NCBI GenBank assembly: GCA_951406725.2
Contig: OX597833.1
Location: 52,762,001-52,826,000 of the forward strand
DNA: 64,000 nucleotides
Reading direction: 5' to 3'
Source: Octopus vulgaris
Taxonomy: Eukaryota
Part shown: positions 1 to 12,332 of the stretch, piece after piece
Layout of the letters: every line of letters begins with the position of its first letter
Position numbering within the stretch: position 1 is the first letter of the stretch
The notes under the pieces: generated by a model
Database searches by the model: none
What the model was told of the DNA's origin: nothing
What the model saw: the letters and a program-made list of their open reading frames with translations, nothing else
Translations under genes and position numbers: made by a program

Positions 1-403
1 CAAGGAAAACGAACGACCAAAAGAAAAATATGAAAAGAAAAGCCCTCTACATTTAGTAACCAAACAACTCTAATATGCTCTTACTATGCCAGTATATTTT
101 TATAAAGCATATATTGCTAACATATGCTTTACTTTATTTATTTTCTTGTTTTTGCGGTGATTTTTCTCATACATTTTTATCACCGTCGTTGCTTCTAATA
201 AATCATTGGAAGGAATGCTTTGCGTTATGTGCTCAGAGGTTTTACATTCTCAGTTCAAATCCTGCCGAGGTCAAATTTGCGTTTCATTCTTCCACGCTGG
301 GTGAAAAAAAAATACCAGCCAAGTAATATAATCGATGGCGTTGATCAACGCCATTAGCCAAAGTTTCAGCGAGTCTTATATTTGCCCTTTTAACCTTTTT
401 GCC

Positions 404-612
404 TTTTACTTGTTTCCAGTCACTGGACAGCGGCCGTGCTGCAGCATAGTCCCTTAAGGGTTTTAGCCGAACATATTAATTTATATTATTTTACGCCTGG
501 TACTTATTCTACCGGTGTCTTTTGGAGAAGCGCTAAGACAGGACACGCAAACAAAGTAAGCCGGTTGTCAAGCGGTGTGAGATTGGGTGTTACACATGCA
601 CCCCACCATATA

Positions 613-655
<43 letters not shown>

Positions 656-975
656 CAAAAATGGGACAAGATCGCAAAACATCCAGACAGGTGATGCAAA
701 AAATGGACAACAAAGCATTCAGAGAGACGATACAAAGATAAGAAGGACGGGCCATTCGGAGTTTTCTATCCGCAGGCGAGGTCCAGATCATCTTTGCAAT
801 TTCGGCTGGTTATACTACTCGAGATTGCTCCAATCTGGTCAGCCCCAAGAAGAAACTAAGCTAAGAGCATTAGATTCCATGGAAGAAAGCAGAGACTTCC
901 ACACATTTTCTAAGGTGCCACTATGTGGGACTGAACCCGGAACTGTGCGGTTGCAAAGCAACTTTCTTTACCACA
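404..975 (-). mobile_element. Degenerate SINE family A, split by a (TA)n tract and an inserted repeat
   Basis: 3' part (ttttacttgtttccagtcactggacagcggccgtgctgcagca...) at ~404-590 and head (aaggtgccactatgtgggactgaacccggaac...cttaccacac) at ~910-975 match full copies at 3206-3594 and 19221-19643. Confidence 0.7.
650..890. mobile_element. Interspersed repeat fragment, possibly a Penelope-like terminal repeat remnant
   Basis: Non-SINE sequence starting directly after (TA)n and interrupting a SINE; same context as other Penelope-like remnants in the window. Confidence 0.35.
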
Positions 976-1136
976 CACCATTTCCTTCTCCATTCTTTTA
1001 TGTAACAGCATTCAGTTTTATGTAACAGCGTTCAGTTTTATTACCATTATATTATACTTAATATTTTTGAGTGTGTGTTTGGATATGTATATATATATAT
1101 ATATATATACACGCACATACATCTGCATATATTTAT

Positions 1137-1208
<72 letters not shown>

Positions 1209-1278
1209 TGTATGTATGCATGTGTATATATAAATATAGAGATAGATATAGATATGTATGAATATATATATATATATA

Positions 1279-1584
1279 TCACGTGCTCACGTGACCGACC
1301 AGACCATCAGATGTTGTTACGCATCGCTGGTCACAATGCGTTCGCATTGTTTTAGCCTTCGAATGACGCCACCCCGCTGGCTAAGCGAGCAGGCCAACAG
1401 AAGAAAGAGTGGGAGAAAGTGTGGTGAAAGAGTACAGCAGGGATCACCACCCCCTGCCGGAGCATCGTGGAGCTCTTTAGGTGTTTTCACTCTAAGAACA
1501 CTCACAACGCCCGGTCTGGGAATCGAAACCGCGATCCTACGACCACGAGTCCGCTGCCCTAACCACTGGGCCATTGCGCCTCCA
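1279..1584 (-). mobile_element. tRNA-derived SINE family C
   Basis: Minus-strand head GGAGGCGCAATGGCCCAGTGGTTAGG (A-box) ... GGTTTCGATTCCC (B-box); same head at 25990 and 41417. Confidence 0.85.
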
Positions 1585-1596
1585 CACACACACACA

Positions 1597-1716
<120 letters not shown>

Positions 1717-2044
1717 TACATCTGATGTTTAATTTAAACCATTTTATCCTTACATACAGACAAAATACATGTATTATATAGTATTAATTGTGTCGTATTT
1801 TATTCTTTTTGTTTTTTGTTCGTATAACCCTCTCCTAATAAATCTGCTTTTGTTTGCTTCTGCGTATACATTTTCTAGACCCACTGTGGTTACTTGTTAA
1901 TATTTTCCCATTTTTTGTTTTGTATCAGGCCCCCCTCTCCCTGTGCAGCTGGTATGTCTGGCCTGTCGATATCAGCTTTATAAGTGCAGTTTATAGTTTT
2001 TTCTTTCTGCTATTTTCTCACATCAGCTCTTTAGTTCTAATAAC

Positions 2045-2463
2045 GGATCTTTTCGGTTTGAACGGCAGTTTTTAACATAATTTCTAGGTAATTAAACTCT
2101 TTTAAACTTCGTATACTGGTAGAATCTGTTTATAAAACATCTTTTTCTCTTGGCTTTATTGAGAAAATTCTATGGTTTGTAAGATATTTGTTGTTGTTTT
2201 TCTTCAATTTCTGCAATTTCAACCAATCAATGACGTCTATTGAAGGTAAAAAACATTCTGTGCCGTATGAATATGTCCCTCGTTTAAGAAACAGATTGGG
2301 TTTATTTACATTTGTGAAGAAAAAAAGATACCCTCCGCCCAAACCCCTAACCCTAACCCTAAAACAGATTGAAATGCAATAGATCGATACTAGGGTCATA
2401 ATTATGGGTGACAATTTCATATGACACCAATAGAAAAAACTGCCGTTCAGACCGAAAAGATCC
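2045..2463. mobile_element. Non-autonomous DNA transposon (MITE) with 29-bp TIRs and 8-bp TSD
   Basis: TIR GGATCTTTTCGGTTTGAACGGCAGTTTTT vs AAAAACTGCCGTTCAGACCGAAAAGATCC (1 mismatch); CTAATAAC duplicated at 2037-2044 and 2464-2471; internal CCCTAA repeats. Confidence 0.9.
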
Positions 2464-2787
2464 CTAATAACTTTCAAATCGTTATATTGAAGCTGAAAAG
2501 TTGACGTAGATTTTTTCCGTTTTTTTCCGTTTTTTAATGCAGAATGAAATCCTAAGTATATTTACTACTCATGTTTGAAAACTGCCACTCCATCTTCATT
2601 CACTCAAAATTATTCTTACGGTCATCTAGACTCTATAAAACACTAATCAGACCATTCTTCCCTGAGGAAGTTTAATAAAATCAAAACACCGGTGTATCGG
2701 TCTTTTCTCGAGTCTCATAGTTGTCCTATCGACAAAGAGCCCTCTGGATACTTAGTCTGGATTGTTTGAGAGTGTATTGAAACAGCT

Positions 2788-2880
2788 ATTATCCGGCAAG
2801 TCAATTATCTGGCAAGTCTATTATCCGGCAAGTCCATTATCCGGCAAGTCCATTATCCGGCAAGTCTATTATCCGGAAAT
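2788..2880. repeat. 16-bp minisatellite, ~5.5 copies
   Basis: ATTATCCGGCAAGTCN repeated in tandem. Confidence 0.9.
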
Positions 2881-3205
2881 CACTAAAAATTTTGATTTTG
2901 TCAATTCCATAATTTTACATTCTCGAAATTGTTTAAAGCAAACTCCAGATGAGATATTATAATTCTTTGGAGAGGGGTTTTTTCTCTCAATTTCTATCAT
3001 TGCAACGTCCTCTTGCGGCCAGCTATTGTTTATGTTATTTTTAAAGTTCATATTATTATTTGCTGTATATAGTTACGACCCTTTACATTCTGAGTTCAAA
3101 TCCCACTAAGGTCGAATTTGCCCTTCATTTTTTTTTTTCTGCAAGTTAGATAACATACAACTGCATCAAGCACCGGGATCGATTTAATCTCCTAGATTAG
3201 TTATA

Positions 3206-3594
3206 CTCTTTTACTTGTTTCAATCCTTAGACTTCGGCCATGCTGGAGCACCGCCTTTAGTCAAGCAAATCGACCCCAGGACTTAATCCTTGTAAGCCTA
3301 GTACTTATTCTATCGGTCACTTTTGCCGAACCGCTAAGTTACGGGGACGTAAACAAACTAGCATCGGTTGTCAAGCGATTTTGGGGGGACAAACACAGAC
3401 ACACAAACACACACATACATATACATATATACGACGGGCTTTTTTCAGTTTCCGTCTACCAAATCCACTCACAAGGCTTCGGTCGGCCCGAGGCTATAGT
3501 AGAAAACATTTGCCCAAGGTGCCATGCTGTGGGACTGAACCCGGAACCATGTGGTTGGTAAGCAGGCTACTTACCACACAGCCACTCCTGCGCC
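3206..3594 (-). mobile_element. Full-length tRNA-derived SINE family A with internal microsatellite
   Basis: Head GGCGCAGGAGTGGCTGTGTGGTAAG...GGTTCAGTCCC; tail ...GAAACAAGTAAAAGAG; many copies in the window. Confidence 0.9.
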
Positions 3595-3954
3595 TCGTTT
3601 TCCCTATACTAAAAAAGGCACATCATCACCATCGATGTACTTCGCGTCAACATAGCAGGTTGTCACGTAACTCCTCGAAACGTAAGTATTAAAAGCATTC
3701 GAAATATCAGTAATTGGTTATCATCATCATCATCATCATCATTATCATCAACGCCGTTGTCGTCGTCGTCGTCATCATCATCATTGCTCTCATCATCACT
3801 GTCACCATATTAGATTACCGTTTTGTAAAAGTATAATGTCATATAATCCAAAAGCTTAGTTAAAGAGTATCATGTAGTATGATGTACTACTGAAGTGAAG
3901 GAATATAATGATAATACGATGGAGGAGAATAGTCTAAGAATATAATGCAACTTC

Positions 3955-4310
3955 CAACCACGGAGTTCTGGGTTCAATCCTATTGCGTGGCACCGTGAGC
4001 AAATGTCTTCTACTATAGCTTCGGGCCAGGACTTGTTCCTTGTAAGCCTAGTACTTATTCTATCGGTCAATTTTGCCGAACCGCTAAGTTACGGGGACGT
4101 ATACAAACTAGCATCGGTTGTCAAGCGATTTTGGGAGGACAAACACAGACACACAAACACACACATATACATATATACGACGGGCTTTTTTCAGTTTCCG
4201 TCTACCAAATTATGACCCTAGTATCGATCTATTGCATTTCAATCTGTTTTAGGGTTGGGGTTAGTTAGGGTTAGGGTCAGGGGTGGGGGAGAGGTCATCT
4301 TTTTTTCTTC
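3955..4310. mobile_element. Scrambled SINE A pieces (+ head joined to a - strand body) followed by a fragment of the 2045-type MITE
   Basis: 3955-4030 SINE A head (+), 4030-4210 SINE A body (-), 4210-4310 reverse complement of ~2315-2405 including TTAGGG-like repeats. Confidence 0.7.
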
Positions 4311-4579
4311 ACTAATCTTGGTCACTTATACACCTTAGAAACGAGGCAGCCGGCCCTATGAGTCCAAGAACTGGAGACAGGGAAATTTTTTATGGGTAGA
4401 GTGCAGGGTCACCGCGTAATACGATGTGAGAGTTACTGTGAAAGAGTGAGCTTAAAGGTGTTAAAAATGTGTGCAGCACATGGAATGATTCCAATAATCG
4501 AATGTTCAATTTCTTAATTTATATTTCAAGACCGAAACGGATTTAATATCGTAATCCAATATTACATTATTGAAATGCG

Positions 4580-4581
4580 AT

Positions 4582-4624
<43 letters not shown>

Positions 4625-4696
4625 TTTGGGTACATATGAGCATGTGGATGTATATGTGTCTGTGTGTGTGTGTGTACCCATGTCTGAAATACGATT

Positions 4697-4730
<34 letters not shown>

Positions 4731-5041
4731 TGTGCGTGTGTGTGTGTGTGATTGTGTGTGTATGCGCGTACACTCTTTGGATGTGTTTAGAGGTGTGTGA
4801 ATGTGTACATGTGGGTTTGTGTGTGTGTGTGTGTGTGTGTACGTTTGTGTACATATGAGCATGTGGATGTATATGTGTCTGTGTGTGTGTGTACCCATGT
4901 CAGAAATACGATTTGTGTGTGGGGGGGGTGTTTGTGTGTGTGTGTGTGGAGGTGTGTATACTCGCGTGTTTGTTCGTGTGTATGCGCGCAGATGTGTTTG
5001 GATGTGTTTAGAGGTGTGTGAATGCGTACATGTGGGTTTGT

Positions 5042-5081
<40 letters not shown>

Positions 5082-5537
5082 ATATGTGCAAATATGAGCA
5101 TGTGGATGTATATGTGTCTGTGTGTGTGTGTGTACCCTTGTCTGAAATACGATTTGTGTGTGTGTGTGTACCCATGTCTGAAATACGATTTGTGTGTGGG
5201 GGGGGTGTTTGTGTGTGTGTGTGTGTGTGTGGAGGTGTGTATACTCGCGTGTTTGCGCGTGTGTATACGGGCAGATGCGTTTGGAAGTGTTTAGAGTTGT
5301 GTGAATGTGTACATGTGGGTTTGTGTGTGTTTGTGTATGTGTGTGGGTGTATGTGTGTTTGTGTGTGTGTGTGTGCGTGTGTACGTATGTGCTCATATGA
5401 GCATGTGGATGTATATGTATCTGTGTGTGTGTGTGCTCATGTCTGAAATATGATTTGTGTGTGTGTGTGTATACTTGCGTGTTTGCACGTGTGTATGCGC
5501 GCACGTGTTTGGAGGTGTGTGAATGTGTACATGTGCA

Positions 5538-5572
<35 letters not shown>

Positions 5573-5640
5573 ACATATGTGCACATATAAGCATGTGGAT
5601 GTATATGTGTCTCTGTGTGTGTGGGTGTGCTTATATTTGA
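4580..5640. repeat. Higher-order minisatellite built from (TG)n tracts and fixed spacers
   Basis: Spacer AGCATGTGGATGTATATGT recurs at ~4639, 4858, 5097, 5400, 5590; TGAAATA(C/T)GATTTG recurs in register. Confidence 0.85.
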
Positions 5641-6229
5641 AAGTGTGTGGCTATATATATGCGTGTGTGGATGTGGACATATGTGTATATATGTGTGTGC
5701 GTGCGTGCGCTTGGGTGTGTGTTCAGAGGGATGTGAGTGTGTATATGTGCGTGTTCGTTTGTGTGTGTATGTGTCTGTTCGTTTGTGTGTGTGTGTGTAT
5801 GAATGTGGATGTATACATGTTTGTGTGTGTGTGAGTGTTTCTATATATATGGAGATATATGAGTGTTTGTGCTTGCATCTGTTTGTGTGTATTTTCACGC
5901 GTGTTTGGGTGTATATCAATTGGTGTGTGTGCATTTGTGTATGCGAATGTGCTGTCTTTATGCGTCTGTGCATGTGGTACTCGTATGTATTTGTATGGAG
6001 GGCCGTATCTAATCCTCCCATCTGGCACAACGTGGAGGTAACTAACAGTTGCTAGTTAAGCCGCGCTGCTTCGCAATGCTGGAACAAGCTTTTTGCAACT
6101 GCTTCTTGTTACTGTTATGAACCGAATTGTACAGCGGATGTTTATAAGACCGAAGGGAATTGGAAACGCTTATATTTCCGGAGAGCAGAGATTCACCATC
6201 TGTGTTAGTTGAACTTAACCAACACCTCA

Positions 6230-6915
6230 CCACTCCTGATTATCAACAACCCCTCCACCCACCATCACCGCCACCAACACCAACATCACCACCACGAACA
6301 ACAACAATAATAACACCAACACCACCACCAACTCCACTTACTTTACCAACCTACTTTACCAACACCACTATCGCCACCGCCTCCACCACCACCTCTACCA
6401 CCTGCACCACCAACACCTCTTCCAACACTACTACCTCCACCACCTGCACCACCAACACCTCTTCCAACACCACTACCTCCACCACCTCCACCATCATTGC
6501 CGACTCCACCACTACTGCCTACGCCGCCTCCGCCACCGACACCCTACCACCACCACCACTACTACCACTACCACCACCACCACCACCACCACTACCACCA
6601 CCACCACCACCACCACTGTCCCCACCACCAGCAACAGTAACATTACCACCGCATGCAACACCTCCCTCAATCTTCCTCTCAGCACCGCCATCTCTGCCCT
6701 CACTATCACCACCGCCACCACCGCCACCATCATCATCATCATCGTCGTCATCGTCATCCTCACCATCTCCCTCCAATTCCAGATGCACTCTAATAACCCC
6801 CACCATCGCAGCAGTTATCTTCACTACCACCTTCGCAATCTCATCTTCCGCTACCCCCGCAACCATCATCACCACAAACACCATCAACAGCACTGCAACT
6901 ACCACCACCTATACC
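6230..6915. repeat. Degenerate (ACC)n/(ATC)n trinucleotide low-complexity tract
   Basis: ACC-rich sequence, continuing at 7250-7500 after a SINE insertion. Confidence 0.8.
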
Positions 6916-7147
6916 TATTTCTTTACTACCCACAAGGGGTTAAACACAGAGAGGACAAACAAGGACAGACAAACGGATTAAGTCGATTATATCGACCCCA
7001 GTGCGTAACTGGTACTTATTTAATCGACCCCGAAAGGATGAAAGGCAAAGTCGACCTCGGCGGAATTTGAACTCAGAACGTAGCGGCAGACGAAATACGG
7101 TTACGCATTTCGTCCGGCACGCTAACGATTCTGCCAGCTCGCCGCCT
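6916..7147 (-). mobile_element. Full-length SINE family B (tRNA head, Nin/Deu-like central domain)
   Basis: Head GGCGGCGAGCTGGCAGAATCGTTAGC, B-box GAGTTCAAATTCC, core GCCTTTCATCCTTTCGGGGTCGAT...AAGTACCAG, tail CCCCTTGTGGGTAGTAAAGAAATAG. Confidence 0.9.
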
Positions 7148-7637
7148 TATACCATCAACACAATCTTATACCATCAACACAATCTTATACCATCAACACA
7201 ATCTTCACATCGTCCACGCACATCGTCCTACCGTCACAGCGGCTATTTCCACCGTCATCATCATCACTATCCCACCACTACTTCCACCATTACCACCGTT
7301 TACAGCGCCACGACCACCACCAGCACCAACACTATTATCAGGAGCTCTGCTACGGACACTACCTCCACCACCACCACAATTACTATCGCCACAACTACCA
7401 ACAACACTAGCTTCCCCACTAACACCATTGTTACCACCATCACTTCTATTACTACTACTATTATCTTTACCCCTAACAACACTACTACTAACACTGCGAT
7501 CTTCAAACATGAAATTCGAGTGGCGACGCAAACACTTACTTTCAGTTTTAATAGCAAAATAAAAGAATACATTCTCTACAACATGTATTAAGCTCTCTTT
7601 TCTCATTGGTCCAGCATCATCAACTGCGTGTAGATAA

Positions 7638-7712
<75 letters not shown>

Positions 7713-7722
7713 CATACATACA

Positions 7723-7753
<31 letters not shown>

Positions 7754-7754
7754 G

Positions 7755-8340
7755 TTTCTGTTTCTTTATTAGCCACACGGGGCTGAACACAGAGGGGACA
7801 AATTACAAAGTAGAGCTTTTCTTTTTGGGAGAAGAAAAAAGCGGGGGTAGGTTTTCGATCAAAAGGGATCGCAAAAAAAAAAAAGAAAGAAAAAAGAAAA
7901 AAAACGATCAATAGGGATCGTGTATCACAGAAATGTCATGATGTAAAGTGTAAAGGGGCAAACATAAGGTTTATCCGTGGAAAGAAAACCCGGATATTTT
8001 CACTTTGACCGGCAGATTTTTTTAGATAATTTCTTTGTAACTAAACACTTTTAAAATTCGTATACTAGCAGCATGTGTTACATAAAACATATTTTTCTCT
8101 TGGCTTTCTTGAGAAAATTCTGTAGTTTGTAAGCTATTTCTTGTTAAATTTCTTGCATTTCGGCAATTTCAACCAATCAATGACGTCTATTGAGGTGAAT
8201 ACAATTTCAGCGGTTGTTTGTCATCTTTTTGTTTGAAACATTCACTAGATAAAACTTGCCTCTCTACTCTCACTTTTCTTTTCAAGTGATACTTGAAGAA
8301 GTTGAGAGATTGACCAGAAAGGCAAGTGTTTGTCTCTAAT
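7755..8340 (-). mobile_element. 3' end of Tx1/L1-like LINE, copy 1, interrupted by a MITE fragment (7992-~8205)
   Basis: Encodes ...FFKYHLKRKVRVERQVLSSECFK; 3'UTR nearly identical to copy 2; insert matches the left end of the 2045 element. Confidence 0.6.
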
Positions 8341-8388
<48 letters not shown>

Positions 8389-8442
8389 GTAGGTAGGTAG
8401 GTAGGTAGGTAGGTAGGTAGGTAGGTAGGTAGGTAGATAGAT

Positions 8443-8905
8443 ATGTTTCTTTATTAGCCACACAGGGCTGCTCACAGACGGGACAGATTACAAAGTAGAG
8501 CTTTTCTTTTTTTGGAAAAAAAAAAGGTGGGGTAGGTTTTCGATCAAAAGGGATCGTAAAAGGGAAAGAAGAAGAAAAAAAGAAAAAACGATCAGTAGGG
8601 ATCGTGTTTCACAGTGTCATGATGTAAGGTGTAAAGGGGGAAGCAGATAAGGTTTATCCGTGGGAAGAAAAGCCTACGGAAAAGACCACGGTAACCTCGG
8701 TCAATATTGTTACATGTTACCACATTTGTTTGCAAGTAGGTAACCCTCTGTTTTAAATTTCCGGGTTCATAGGATTATGCTCAAGATGGCTTCGTCATTC
8801 ATACGTGCCATCCTTGCTACATTCACCCATCTTTTTTTAAAACATTCGCTAGACAAAACTTGCCTCTCTACTCTCACTTTCCTTTTCAGGTGATACTTGA
8901 GGTAA
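8443..8905 (-). mobile_element. 3' end of Tx1/L1-like LINE, copy 2
   Basis: 8767-8901 encodes LKYHLKRKVRVERQVLSSECFKKRWVNVARMARMNDEAILSIIL*, resembling the F..RW C-terminus of Tx1/L1 ORF2; 3'UTR ends GTGTGGCTAATAAAGAAA; flanked by (TAGA)n. Confidence 0.6.
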
Positions 8906-8906
8906 G

Positions 8907-9042
<136 letters not shown>

Positions 9043-9637
9043 ATGAAAGCAAATTCTGAGAGAGAGAAAAACAACCGATACTTCGCAGGGCTTGACTTTC
9101 ACAAACATTTACATATCTTCCATGCTCCAGCTTACACAGAGGCTAATGTTAAACCAGCGCAACTCGAGGAATGCTTATGGTACAATGTAACGAACGACCT
9201 CACATTTCCCAGGCTCAAGCCACACCCTTGCACAACACATCTGTCTAAAGGAACGAATCAGTCCCCAGAAAAAATGGTTTACATAATATTCATTGTCAGC
9301 AGCATTCCTCCTCCCTCTCTCCCTTTCTCTCTCTTTCCCCTTCTCTTTCTCTCTTCTTCCTTATAATTATAATATCGTCTATATTCGTGTATGTATATAT
9401 ATATTTATATATGTGTGTGTGTGTATGTGTGTGTATGTATATTAATACACAGACTAGATACACAAGTGTATGTGTGTTTGTATGCATGTATTTATGTATG
9501 TGTATGTGTGTATATATACACACACTAACCCGTTTGTGCAAAGAAAATACACACACATACGCATGTGTGTAAACGCATGTGCTATATTTGTATATCGTAT
9601 ATTAAAGAATACATACATATCTGTATGCGTGTGTGTA

Positions 9638-9681
<44 letters not shown>

Positions 9682-9721
9682 TATACATACATATGTGTAT
9701 ATATGTATATATATGCACACG

Positions 9722-9814
<93 letters not shown>

Positions 9815-9863
9815 ATATATATGTAGCTATCTATGTATATACATACATATATGCATACATACA

Positions 9864-9938
<75 letters not shown>

Positions 9939-10007
9939 TTACATACATACATACATATTTACATACATACATACATACATACATATTTACATACATACAT
10001 ACATACA

Positions 10008-10041
<34 letters not shown>

Positions 10042-10087
10042 CATACATACATACATACATACATACATACATACATACATACATACA

Positions 10088-10119
<32 letters not shown>

Positions 10120-10763
10120 CATACATATGTAGGTACAAGACAATCAGGCTGGAGTTTGCAAATGTCGGTCACAGAAAATGAAACACGTCCCATGTCCACC
10201 GAAGGGAAACAAGAAAGCAGGAACACTACCACCACGACCAACACCACCACCACCAACAACAACAACAACAACAGCAACAATAACAACAACAGCAACAACA
10301 ATACATTATAATCATTATAAAATACAGCAAACAAATAAAAAACAAACAAAATGGCCCTACCCACCGAAAATGGTTACAAAAGGAGTCAATCAATCACTAG
10401 ATCGATAGAGATAGAGCGAAAAAGAAAAGAGTAAACGATTTATTATGAACAGAATTGTGTGTGCGACTAATGAGGCAATTGTATGAAAAGGTTGTAATTA
10501 GTTCAAGCTTTTACAATGACAACAACGAGGGCCTACGACAATTGTAGCAACAACAAGAACAACAAGAACAAGAAGAAGAGAGACTACGATAGCAGCAATA
10601 GCAACGGCAACACTAAATGGCAATTGCGAACCACAACAACAATAGGCTTAATAAGTCAAGCAAGCGGATAAGTCAAACGGCCAACGACCAATCAAATGGC
10701 TTGCCTTTCACGACGATCGCATACGTGGTTATAAACGCGGACAATGTAAATGCAGGCAGACAG

Positions 10764-10802
<39 letters not shown>

Positions 10803-10846
10803 TACCTACGTATATGTATGTGTGTGTGTGTTGCTACATATATACA

Positions 10847-10981
<135 letters not shown>

Positions 10982-11443
10982 TAAACATGTGTGTATATAT
11001 GTATATATATATATATCGGTTATACGCTCACATCTATGTGTAAGTGTGTAAGTGTGTGTGTGTAAGTGTAAAATCTCTCTGCCTTTCCTCATTTTATGTC
11101 TATGTGTAATAGTTATGGAATGATACAATGAAGCTATTTCATTGGATGTTGGGAGGTTTGGTCGGAAATTGGAATGGAATATATAGCAACATGCATCACA
11201 ATATAAACTATTAAATTAAGCCACAAACGGTGACGACACGACTGCTTCAGTTAGTCTTTATTGTATCTTATTTCCTTGCTTGATAATGTCGACGGCATAG
11301 TTAGTAGTACAGTGTCTACAATTTACAGAGTCTCCATGGTGGATCTCGATGTTCCTTCTGTATTCTGTTGTTGCTGTTCTTCTTCATCTTTTGGAGTCGA
11401 TGCATGTATGTACGTCTATATGTGAGTGTTTGTGTATACACGG

Positions 11444-11508
<65 letters not shown>

Positions 11509-11589
11509 TGTATGTATGTATATACATTCCACACAAACGCATGTATATACACATGCATAGACATATGTTTGTGTGTGTGTGTGTGTGTG

Positions 11590-11800
11590 TGTCTTTGTAT
11601 CTGTGTTTGTCCCCCACCACCGCTTGACAATCGGTGTTAGTGAGTTTATGTCCCAGTAACCCAGCCGTCGGGCACGGAATCGATAGAATAAGTGTCAAAC
11701 TTTAAAACACTTAGTCCTGGGGTCCATTCGTTCGACTAAGAATACTTCAAGGCGGTGCCCCAGTTTGACCGCAATCTAATTACTGAAACAAGTAAGCGAA
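11590..11800 (+). mobile_element. SINE A, 3' half
   Basis: gtttgtcccccaccaccgcttgacaa...ctgaaacaagtaa. Confidence 0.75.
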
Positions 11801-11819
11801 TAAAATGCATACGTATATA

Positions 11820-12206
11820 TACGAGAGAGAGTGAAGAATAATACGCATTCTTGTTTTTTCAATGTATTTTCATTAAAGCAAGGGATAACCAAGACGTCAT
11901 TTTTCTGTATAGTCTGCTTTCTTTTCGATGCACTTGGTCAAGCGGTCCAGAAGCTTGCGTATTCTCTCCAAGAAGAAGGTTTTCGGTTGGTTGTGTAACC
12001 ACTTATGCACTGCTTCCTTCACATCTTCATCCGTGGGAAATCGACGACCTCGTGAACCCTCTTTGTGCAGTGCAAAGATATGATAGTCGAAAGAAGCGAG
12101 ATCTGGGCTATAAGGCAGGGGGTTCAAGCACCTCAAAACCCAATTGGTTAATGGTTTCAACGCTGTGGGCGTGCATTGTCATGTAACAACACAACTTTCT
12201 TCGACA
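11820..12206 (-). pseudogene. Mariner transposase C-terminal fragment (frameshifted) with terminal TIR
   Basis: LLHDNAR motif, then PYSPDLASFDYHIF...GRRF..DEDVKEAVHKWL..Q...FF...I.KL..R..KCI....DY.EK; TA-CGAG terminus at 11820. Confidence 0.9.
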
Positions 12207-12332
12207 TAGGCGCAGGAGTGGCTGTGTGGTAAGTAGCTTGCTTACTAACCACATGGTTCCGGGTTCATTCCCACTGCGTGGCACCTTGGGCAAGTGTCGT
12301 TTACAATAGCCTCGGGCCGACCAAAGCCTTGT

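Noticed and set aside
1500-1584. tRNA-like sequences at SINE heads (also 25990, 47473, 53483)
   Set aside because: A/B boxes present but continuous with SINE bodies and lacking a proper acceptor stem; not tRNA genes
4506-5594. 362-aa His/Thr-rich ORF and the many YI/HT/CV/MYVC/YLSI ORFs across the window
   Set aside because: Translations of (CA)n, (TA)n, (TACA)n and (TCTA)n repeats, which lack stop codons; no domain content
6160-6981. 273-aa Pro/Thr/Ser-rich mucin- or formin-like ORF
   Set aside because: Degenerate (ACC)n tract open in several frames on both strands and running into a SINE
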